Shown: one piece after another, positions 53,284 to 64,000 of the stretch | How the letters are laid out: the number at the start of each line of letters is the position of its first letter | Numbering within the stretch: position 1 is the stretch's first letter | NCBI RefSeq assembly: GCF_009914755.1 | Contig: NC_060935.1 | Reading direction: 5' to 3' (one strand) | DNA length: 64,000 nucleotides | Origin: the human T2T-CHM13v2.0 reference genome, Homo sapiens | Notes under the pieces: model-generated | Seen by the model: only the letters and a program-made list of their open reading frames with translations | Database searches by the model: none | Told to the model about the DNA's origin: nothing | Made by a program: the position numbers and the translations under genes

Positions 53284-53579
53284 CTTGAGGGGCAGGGGGT
53301 AGTTAAAATGCTGATCTCCAAGTGACAGGTTTCTGAGCTGGGAGTGAACTGTCACCACTGCCATCCTCACTCTGGAGCCTCTCAGGCGGAGCATGTCAGG
53401 GAAACCAGCAGGCTCCTTATAGACCTGCTTGCTCCCTAAGGGCATCCAGGCACAAGTCACGCTGTCTGATCTGCCTTCTGGGACCAAGTGGGTGAGAGTG
53501 CCAGTCTGCACCAGTTCCCATCGCACTGGGAGCCAGGGATCAACTTTCCACTTTTGAAAGAGAAACTCCTCCTTCTTGC

Positions 53580-54005
53580 CTTAATTGCAGCATTAATAAT
53601 TAAGTGGGTGCTTTAATTGCATGGATCTCATTACGGAGTAACATTGGAAACATATGCACACAAAGGCACACACCTCCATGCACATACATGTATTCCGAAA
53701 GCCAGGCATCAAATCATTTCAAAGAATTATCGTAAGCAAAAATTCAAAATACAAAACAACAGGGATGTATGTATGCTTAATTACACGAGGACTTTATTAG
53801 CTGGCACTAATTAAAGCATGTTATGAAGTCTGACAAATATCTAAAATTACTCACTTTGGTAAATAGTTTTGACACGAGTAATTTATTTAAAACTAGAGCT
53901 CGGTAGAAAAGTTCAAGCAATTTTATTTTTGCCTGGGTAGCACATTATGTGATGTCTAGGGGGATAATTAACGATTAGTGGCTTAATGACAGAGGCACAT
54001 TCATT
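53580..54005. promoter_or_regulatory. Homeodomain-site cluster, candidate enhancer
   Basis: Seven TAATT cores (53582, 53597, 53614, 53778, 53808, 53879, 53965) in ~400 bp of unique DNA. Confidence 0.45.
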
Positions 54006-54279
54006 ATCCTGTTTCCTAACTCCTGCCAAGCCTTTAATGCTGAGTACTCAAGGCCCACTCTACCCTCAGCTCTATGAGAGCTGATCTTCTCCCGATAGAT
54101 GAACCCATTTCACAGATGAGATTTTCTAAGGCCGAATGCCTGTTCTTTGGTCCAACCAAGATCACAGAGCACAGTCCTGGTCTTGCCCTTCCATGGCAAC
54201 AGGAGTATTGAAAGGGACATTCCCCACTACCAACAGATTAAAGGAACATTCTAATCACTATGTTCTTCATGAACGCTTC

Positions 54280-54947
54280 TGCTATGGGTTGAATGTTTGT
54301 GCACTCCCCTCACACCAAATTTATAATCCTAACTCCCAAGCGCCCTTGCGGGGAGATTAGGTCATGAGGGTGGAGCCCCCATGGAAGATTAATGCCATTA
54401 GGCTGGGAAGATTGAGCCGTCAGGCTCAAGCCTGTAATCCCAGCACTTTGAGAGGCTGAGGAGGGCGGATCACTTGAGGCCAGGAGTTCAAGATCAGCCT
54501 GGCCAACAGGGCGAAACCCCATCTCTACTAAAAATACAAAAAAATTACCCAGACATGGTGGCACACACCTGTAATTCCAGCTACTCGGGAGGCTGAGGTA
54601 GGAGAATCACTTGAACCCGAAAGGTGGAGGTTGCAGTGTGAGCCGAGACCACGCCACTACACTCCCACCTGGGAAACAGCAAGACTCCATCTCAAATTAA
54701 AAAAAAAAAGAAAGAAAGAAAGAAAGAAAGAGAATCAGAAATCTGCCTTACCCCACCTGCCATGTGATGAGTTCACAGCAAGAAAGTCCTGTATAAACCA
54801 AGAAGCAGTGCCCTTACCAGATGCCAAAACTTCCAGCGCCTTGATCTTGGTCTTCCCAACCTCCAGAACCATGAAAAATACATTCCTGTTGTTGATAAGC
54901 CACCCAGTTTATGGTATTTTGTTAAGCAGCCTGAATGGACTAAGACA
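54280..54947 (+). mobile_element. MLT1A/MLT1A0-like LTR split by an Alu
   Basis: tgctatgggttgaatgtttgt...gattaggtcatgagggtggagccc, then Alu, then gccttgatcttgg...tttatggtattttgtta...gactaagaca. Confidence 0.85.
54401..54730 (+). mobile_element. Alu (older AluS/J-like) with (GAAA)n tail
   Basis: Full dimer with cacttgaggccaggagttc and an altered 5' end. Confidence 0.93.
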
Positions 54948-55277
54948 CCCTCCTTATGTGGGGGTCCCAGACCAGAGGGCAGGCTCTATTATGAGTTAAC
55001 TCTTTGGGCCTGTCTCTCAAGAGCTCAGGGCTGACCCAAGAAACAGCAACTTCATTAAAAAACTAGGAAGACCTTGCTGACCCTCTCACCAGCCCTTGCC
55101 TGTTAGCTTCCTCTTCTGCTGTAGTTCCTTTTCCTCCCCGCACTAGGGCAAAGAACAGAGCTATGTAGTTATCCACACGCACTGAGCTGTGCACACATGC
55201 AATCCAGGCCTCAGAGTTTCATCCCAAATGATCCAAATTAGCTTTGCACCCAAGAATGCAGCCTTCCCATACCCCTC

Positions 55278-55626
55278 TGCCTTAATCTGTTAGAGCTGCT
55301 GTAACAAAAATTTCATAAGCTTAGTGACTTATGAACAGCACAATTTACTTCTTACTGTACTAGAGGTTAGGAAGTCCAAGATCCGTGTCTGGTGAGGCAT
55401 CTCTCTCTGCCTGATAGATTACAACCTCTTGCTGCATCCTCGTACAGTAGAAGGGGCTAGCCAGCCTTCTGGCATCTCTTTTATGAGGGTGTGAATTCTC
55501 TTCATGAGAATGGAGTCTTTATGATCTAGTCACATCCCAGTGGCCCCACCTCTTAATTCCATCACACTGGGGATTAGACTTCAACATATGGATTTTGCAG
55601 GGGACACAAATATTTAGGTCATATCA
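55278..55626 (-). mobile_element. MLT1A-like LTR
   Basis: tgccttaatctgttagagctgctgtaacaaa...ggaagtccaagatc...ggccccacctcttaat...ggggacacaaa. 5-bp TSD ccctc / ccttc. Confidence 0.85.
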
Positions 55627-57724
55627 CCTTCCTTAGCTTGGTTTTTATGCCTAACCAGAGTGCTTTATGTCCTACTCTGAGCAGCATGAATTTGAGGGGG
55701 CAGGGGAATGGACTAATTGACCTCCCGGGACTCTGTTCCAGTCTGTAAATCTGAGACAAGGAAAGGTCATGTCATAGTAAACACTGAGGCATGCCCCCCA
55801 CTGTTCTTAACCTAGGTATACTTCCTGGAGGCAGGAAGAGGGACTCGGAAGGTTGCAATAAGATAACATCCTCTAATTCGTCACATAGCCCCGCAGAGGA
55901 TTCCCCCTCCTTCTCCTTCTTGGTTTTTTTTTTCTTTTCTTTTCTTTTCTTAAACTAAAGTTTGAAGCTAAATCCACTGTGGGCTGAAGGAGGCACTTTA
56001 AACTTCACTTGCTTCGAAGTTTAAATGGGAAGACTTGACAGGTATGCTAATGCTCCTCTATTAAGTCTGCAGAAAATGACATTAAAGGTATTGGTTAAAG
56101 ACACGGCTCAGTGTTTGAGCAACTTAATGAAGTGTTACACACAAGCTGACCTTGTAGAGGGAGAAGCTCGCGGCTCTCTCAGCGTTTCAGGAGGCCCTGG
56201 CCACTCTGTTTGACATCTGAGCTTAACACCATCCCCAGACTCATTACTGTCTGCGAGGTTCCGGGAACTGCCAAGGGGGACACCAGCATTTGCTTGTAAA
56301 GTCCAGTGACAGAAAGGAGAGGTAAAAATAGTGGCTCCTGATCTTCGGCTTCGCGAGGCCAGAGGTGCTGGTTTGAATGACATGTTCAGTTTTCATAAAC
56401 ACGGCAGTGGTCCCCTGAGGGAGGCAGAGCAGGAGGAAAGGAGAGGCTCTTGGAGTGGGCAGTGTGGACAAGGGCAGCTGAGTGAAAAGGCCAGAACTTC
56501 CAGCTGATGTCTGATCGCCAAGTGGGCTGCTGGAGCTTGGAAGGGGGTCTCTGCCAGTAGAGCGGGCAACACCCCAGATCCTTCAGGATGAGGCCACCGG
56601 AAGTGTTCACTGGTGCTACAGAGATGTGAACCCCTAGAAAAGGGTCAGACAAATGGGGTTCCCAAGACCCCTCCAGCAACCCTACTCACTCACCAATCCA
56701 TTTATTCACTCATCCAATGTTATTAAGCTATACATCACTCCTCTCCAACTATGCCCTATTTACTATACAAATGGTGAATATTCACTATACTGGTCTTCTG
56801 CAAGTGTCTGGAACATCCAAAGCTCCTCCCTACCACAGGGCCTTTGCACATACTCTTCCCTCTCCCTGCAGCGCTTTTCTTAGTTTTTCACAAAGATGAC
56901 CACTTTAAGCCTGCCTATGTCAGCTTACATATACTCTTATCAGAGAGGCAGCTGAACAGCTCATGGAGCAGTATAAGGTCCACAGGTTTCGCTGAGTATT
57001 GTAATACCCTAATAATGATTTTATTTACAGTCCTTTGTATTAGCTTTTGAATGGCTTCTTCTACCTTCTAAAGTTCTTTCCCATGTTATCCTGTTTGAGC
57101 TTTCTAGCAACCTCATAAGGTGGACAGAGAATTTGCTGGCTATTCTTGTGTAGAGACAAGTGACCCATGGCTGGCAGAAGCTGTGAGTGTCCAGAAGACT
57201 CAAGTCATTCAACTCCCTGACCAGGACTATTTCTGCGACAGCAAATGGTCCATGTTTTTCTCTTAGTTGGGGAGGTGGATGTACATTGAAGAGCCAGGCT
57301 AGGAATGCAGATCCCCGAGCAGCTCGCCTTGGGGAGACGTGGTGGGTGAATGAGAAGCAGCATCAACAACAGCCACCTGCGTCTGTGTCTTCTGCATGTC
57401 ACTGGCAGGACACAGAAACAGAAACAGCCAGGGCAGCCCCTGCCCACAGAAAGTGCTTACTCTCAGGCTAGGCCGAGGACAATGCACAGAGTGTCCTTGA
57501 TGAGTCCCTTCTCTTCTCTACTATCTCCTTTTCCCTTCTCCTTGCCTCCCTTAGCCTGCACTGACAGCTGCTGCATCCCACCCCCTGCTTTAGTAAAGTT
57601 GGCTCCTTCAAGCGGACTTATTTGAAGGAAGAGCTGCAAGTCTGGGCTTTATAAGGAACCAACTTGTTGATCAACGAGCATCTGTAGAGTGCCTCCTTTG
57701 TGTCCTCCCCTCTGTTCAGGCTCA

Positions 57725-58255
<531 letters not shown>

Positions 58256-58784
58256 TGGGAATCAGAGAGCTCCACACACACCCAGGCCCCACGCTGCACA
58301 CAGCAATCTGGGCTGACTCCATGGGTTTGGAGTTTGAGATACCAGATCTCAGAGGGATGCTAATTGCAATGGCCTTATGATGCGGTTCCCATTGCCATCA
58401 TCATGAGTAGTTTTGTTCTAGGCTCTCTTGTAGGCATGTGACAATATCATTTCATTGAATTGTCAATAATAACTCTGCAAGGTGAATAAGTGACAAATTT
58501 GGAACACTGATCTTTCCTATGCTGTTCTGACTCCATGTCCAACGTTACAAAGTAAAAAGGAGTAAAGAGTGTTGGGCCTAGCAGACTCACATTCGAATCA
58601 AGCAGGGTTGGTTTGTTGTGCGTTTCGAGGCAGGGGTTGGGTGGGAGTGTACAACATAAAGGTGACCAAAAAATAATAATAATTTTTAAGGCTAATGAAT
58701 GGCCTTATAGTTGGACTATTAAACATGATAAAAATGTTTACTAAATTGTTCAACTGGACCACGTGTAGCAAGTGAGGCTTTCAA

Positions 58785-59035
58785 GGGACGTAGTACAGCG
58801 TTGAAAAACACCGCTCCAGCACCAAACACCTGGGTTCAAATCCCAGCCCCGTTACCTATAAGCTGAATGACTTTGGGCACATTCTTTAACCCCTGCACTT
58901 CAGAAGCCTCATTTCTAAGGTGAGGGCAACTATAGCATCGCCTCACAGGGTTGCTGTGAGAATTCGAGGGAACACACAGAATGTGCTTGAAGCAATGGCT
59001 GCCCTCTGGTAGCTCTTAATGTGTTGGCTATAGTG
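58785..59035 (+). mobile_element. MIR, near full length
   Basis: cctgggttcaaatcccagc (B-box region)...gactttgggca...cctcatttct...cacagggttgctgtgagaatt. Confidence 0.85.
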
Positions 59036-59787
59036 TTAGTAATTTCCTGAGTCTTTTTATCGATCACCTATTCTGCACCAAACACTGTGGGAAATACAGA
59101 AATGAACCTGCCTAGCCTTGGCCTGGAGTGTGCACTCAAATAACTAACACAGCCCAGAATGGGATAAGGTGCCAGTTCTGAAATACAAGTAAAGCTTTTA
59201 GAGAAGGAGGTCAGTCCTGGCCAGAAGGGGTATATGATGAAGAAAATTTGAGAAATTGGCAGGAATCTAACAGGACATAGGGGACAAGAAGGCAGTGGGC
59301 AGGCATAGTGGTCTCACCACACTGGCCAGGCATCAGCTAATTGGGTGTCTACTTCAGCCTAGGTGACACCTGCCAAGAAGAAAAAGAACTCGGTTCAACT
59401 ACCATTGCTGTTTCAACAGAGTGTAACTCTCTATTCTATTCCCAGTGAATGTCTTTCTGGCATTTTCATGACCACAAGTCCATCCCTGCTTCCTTTCATT
59501 TGGGGCCACCATGCAGACCCAGCTTACCCCATTGCATACAGGACTTTCTGCAAAGGGAAGTGCTCAACCAAGTCTGAGTTGCAGCAGCTTAACACCGAAT
59601 GGCATCCACTCTTGACTTTGAGTCCACACTTCAGGCATGATTAGAAATGGGACCAAAAGGGAAAAGTTTCTCCAAAGACAGCACGATCTGGAAGATTGAG
59701 ACCCAGCCCTCAATCTCATGTTGCTCCCATAGACTAGGAGCTCCTCTTCGTTTCCTTAATCTTCCCTTTCCTCTCAAACTCTTCTTA

Positions 59788-60095
<308 letters not shown>

Positions 60096-61369
60096 TTATT
60101 CTCTTCTTGTTTTCTGCCTCCCCTCTTCTTTATTTTAAAAAATAAGTCCTCATGGTACACCTGCTTCTTCCTTTCTAGTTTGTATCATTTCCTCCCTCCA
60201 TGCATCCCTCTCTTCCTTCTTTCTGGTTGGGTGTCATTGCAGGAATTTGACAAAGAACCCTTTGTGCACCCTACAAACATACACTTACACATGTCCCATC
60301 TCCAGCACACTCTCGTGAGCTTCCCTGTTTCCTGGAAGGTGGATAGACTGTTTTGCTGGGAGTAGAGAAGAGAGAGAAAGAGGGACAGAAATAATCCTGT
60401 GGCCTGGAGACAGGCTCCTCTCCTAAGGAGAAGAATAAAGCCAGGAAGGAATTCACCCACAAACCTTTTGAAGACATATGGAGGAGAGTGGAGAGATTTT
60501 TTTTTCCCCTTCTCCTTCAGGAAAAAAGCTTTTAAAATAAATAGCTGACAGCGTTTCTTATTTGAGTAATTCTTTGCTGGTTATAAATGTGCCACTCTAG
60601 AGTACTTTATTTAGAAGTTAAAAAAAAAATGCATTCTCCAAGAGAGAGCTCAGCATTACCCAGGGGAGTAAGGTTCACTCTCCTGTGGCCCTCCTGAAGC
60701 CCTGCCTCAGACATTCATATATTCTCCCATAATCTGATCTAGGTTATAAAAATTAAAAAAAAAGAGGAGAGAGGAGAGACAGCTGGTTTTCCCACACATA
60801 TGACATTTTCCTTTATGCCTGGCTTAACTTTTTTATGACAGGCTGGGTTCACTCCATTGGAGAATTTCTCCCTTCAAATGAACTTTGTGTTTTATGTTTG
60901 AAAATTTTTCTTTAGACAAACCTGGTAATTTTTCAAGTTAAAATGTGTACACTTTAAGCACTTAGGAAGTTTAAGGATCCATCTGATCGGCACATAAATC
61001 TGAGGTTATTCATGCTAAGCTCCCCATGTCTAACTGCACTCTTAAAAAATAATAAAAAGCAAGTGACATATTTTAACTTCTTTTTAAGTGAAAACCCCCA
61101 GACTGTCAGTTTCCTCAGTAATTGATTAGTATCTCGGTACACTCCCCTCTCTGTCCCTGGTGACATTCAGTGTGCAACTGCACTTGCTGTGCTTGAGGTA
61201 GCTTGTCATGGAGTGGGAAAGAAACACAGGGCTGGTGTACTGTCTGTCCTTTCTTTTCTAAATGGAGAGATAGATTTTCCCCTGGCTGCTGCCGCCTGCT
61301 AGGCCCTTAGGCAGGGGCTCCTCATGGGCCGCTCTCTGGCTTATTGACTTTTGAGCTCATGCAGTGTCT

Positions 61370-61560
61370 TAGAAAGAAGTAGACTTTGGAAAGCAGGATC
61401 AGACTTTAAGCTTGACCTGCCTTTCCTGGCTGAGTCACCTTAGCATGTTTGCTTGACCTCTCTGTGCCTGTTTCATCTCTAAACAGGGGTTAGCAAAAAC
61501 ATCTACACTACAGTAGATACTCAGTGAGATAATGTATGTGAAGGTGCTTAGTAAAGAGTA
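61370..61560 (+). mobile_element. MIR
   Basis: gcttgacctctctgtgcctgtttcatct...gtgagataatgtatgtgaaggtgcttag. Confidence 0.7.
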
Positions 61561-61917
61561 CATCCTGTGCGATTTCATTTGTTGGTTAAACATGGTGGGA
61601 AGCCAGATTGCTCAACAGTCTGTGCCTCTCCCACCTTAAATGTGGAACAGCCAGGGTAGAATAGAAAATTGTAACCCTCATGCCTACCTCATCACATCCT
61701 GAATCCTAGAAAGACCCTGGGGTTATGGTAGATATACGAGGATAAAAAGCACTTTCTCCACATTCTAGGCCCCTCTTTAACTCATCTGCTCTGAAGTGCA
61801 GGAGTATGTAGGACCCACCACAGCTGCATTCCCTGTTCAGACAGTGCCTTTCGAGTTGGACACACTGAGGCTGCATAATGAGTCCCTTGCATCAGTGTGG
61901 TGCTGATTCTTCCATCT

Positions 61918-62053
61918 CTAGTTGTGCGCAGACCTGGTTCCTGGACCGGCAGCATTGGCATCCCCTGGGAGCTTAATATAGATTCAGATTCTCAGCCCCA
62001 TATTAACAAGACCCCAGGAATTCACATGCACATCAGAGTTTGAGGTGCACAGC
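61918..62053. mobile_element. MER5A-like MITE
   Basis: ggaccggcagcattggcatcccctgggagctt...cagattctcagcccc...ttaacaagaccccagg...gagtttgag. Confidence 0.75.
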
Positions 62054-63279
62054 CCCAGACCAAGTGACAGAGCAGGACACAGGCTGTAGCAGAGGAGGAA
62101 CCTGCCATACACCATATCCCACTGCTGGAGGATGGGGCCTCTAACCCTGCGAAGCGCTGTCAGACAAATACCAGCTATGGTAGTGGTAGTTTGGTCCTGT
62201 GGGGACTCTTTAGCCTCTCTTCCCTTTTTCTCTAATACATGTTACCAAAAACCACTTGATTTGAGTAAAATCAGATATTCAAGTCCTGAGACTAAAGAGG
62301 GAAAATTTAGCTGAGCTCTGAACTGAGAGTCTGAGAGTATCACTAAGATTCCTTCCATCTGCACTGCACTTAGAGTTGCGCTCATATCACATCCATTGAT
62401 CCTGAAAGTACCTGGATGGGAGAAGAACAGGTAGGCATACAGAGAAGTAAAAGAATCTGCTCAGCGCCACTCATGAGTAGATAACAAGGTGGGGGCTGGA
62501 ACTCTGGTCTGGTCTATGTAGCGATTTACAAATCTGTCCTGCTTAGATAAAACCCAGATGGAATTTGAAGTGCTTCTTCAATGGAGGAAGCTGTGGATTC
62601 TAGAGATATTGGAGAGAGGTTTGTAGTCCAATCGATAGTAAATCAATTAATTTAGGCTTCCAAATAGCCCCACTCACTCAACCAGGGCTACAGACTCCAC
62701 TCCTGGTGAGGAGTCAAAACGGCTGATGCCACACACCAATCAGCCCACAGCATTGATTGGGCACCCACTGTGGGCACCACACCACACCAGGCACTGCGGG
62801 GCAGGAGGCAAGGGGCACAGCAAATGAATGTGATGTGGGAATTATGATGGAGGACGCTGTCCATAAAGCCGCTCGATGTTCCGTAGACAAAGTTACATCT
62901 GGTAAATATCTACTCAAGTTTTGTGCCAGCAAAACTGAATTGTCCTAATAAGTGAGTTTGTATTCTTTCTTTTGTTAGAAGATAAACCCTGTGTAACTCA
63001 GTGAATCTCTCTCTTTTGCCTCAGCTGCTGGAAAACTCTCAGTAAAGCAGTCCAGGTGGTGTAATCTATCCATTTCAGAGGTCTGAGAACACATACTGCT
63101 TCTGCATCCCTCCAACAGCCTCTGTTCCTTTTTGCGTCGTGTTTTCGTGTGAAAACCACTCTGAATCCTTTTCAGGTAATAGGCAGGGCACAAAATCCTC
63201 AAACACAACTTTGAGGCATTCATTTAGTTTCGTGTGGTGGAAGAAAGGCACACGATAACTTCATAAGGTATTTGGCCAT

Positions 63280-63430
63280 GGGAGCAAGATGCCTGGGCTT
63301 AGAGTTGGGGGACTGGGACCTCAGGTATTCCACTGGCTGGATGGGTGGCATCAGACACATTATCTTGCCTCCCTGGGCCTCAGTTTCCTCATCCACAAAA
63401 TGAGGCGGCTAGGCCAGCTCTGAAATTCTA
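63280..63430 (+). mobile_element. MIR3-like SINE
   Basis: ctccctgggcctcagtttcctcatccacaaaatgagg...ccagctctgaaattcta. Confidence 0.75.
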
Positions 63431-63699
63431 GCAAGTGAAAAGGGTATAAAGCAAAACAACAGCAGGCACACATTAGTAGAAATACAAAGAAAATGAACAA
63501 CATGAGAGTAATTGGATGTTGGGTTCAAGGAGAAAGCTCTTTTGAAGCTTTTTCAATCTATTCTTAGTGTGTGCATCTTCCTGGGTGATAAGGGGACAAG
63601 GGGAAGAGGCTATTCAAGTTGTAGCAGACAAAAGGAAAAATAGCCACAAATTCTTTTTCTCTAGCTTCTGATGCAGTGGTGGAGTTCAGAAGTCAATTT

Positions 63700-64000
63700 C
63701 TCCACTCCTTGACTTGAGTTGGCCATCATTAACGCAAAAGACAGAGCAGGGGCTTGAAAAGCTCGTGTGCTTTTGGTGTTGCCCTCTTGCTGGTTTTGGA
63801 ACTTGGCCACCCGGCTAGCTTGCTACATTATGAGAGTCACATGACCCAGCCACCCCATTAGCTTCAGCCTGCACCAGACGTGTGAGTGGAGCCACCTGGG
63901 CAGGCCAGTCAGCCCCACAGACAACCCTCCTGTACGTCAGTGAGCCCAGAGATCAGCCTAGCCCAGCCCAGATGGAATTACCCAGAAGAATCATGATCTA
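63700..64000 (+). mobile_element. Old MaLR LTR (MLT1H/I/J-like), running off the window
   Basis: ccagacgtgtgagtggagcca...gtgagcccagagatcagcctagcccagcccaga...agaatcatg. Confidence 0.55.

Overview
Primate (probably human/hominoid) non-coding genomic DNA, shown by AluS elements, L1PA/L1PB LINEs and MaLR/MER repeats. No intact host protein-coding gene, RNA gene or CRISPR array can be supported. The window has three parts. (1) 1-13.9 kb: unique sequence mixed with ancient repeats (L2, MIR, L3/CR1, MER63, MER5, MLT1K-like, MER21), a CpG-enriched patch at ~1.3-1.5 kb and candidate non-coding exons. (2) ~13.9-42.2 kb: an almost continuous, multiply nested LINE-1 block. Old L1M fragments all lie on the - strand, and two full-length but dead + strand elements sit inside them: L1PA3/4 at 16034-22197 and L1PB1 at 34404-40917, the latter inside an MSTC LTR. 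(3) 42.2-64 kb: unique DNA with scattered Alu/MIR/L2/MaLR copies and several transcription-factor motif clusters that look like developmental enhancers. Every ORF in the track with recognisable homology is an L1 ORF0/ORF1/ORF2 remnant; the rest appear to be chance ORFs. I found no supportable novel biological system. The best leads are retrotransposon structural details (a short 3' transduction, a micro-inversion/deletion scar, the retained ZNF93-target segment, a truncated ORF0) and candidate regulatory elements or lncRNA exons. Repeat subfamily calls come from recalled consensus sequences, not a RepeatMasker run, and boundaries of old repeats are approximate.
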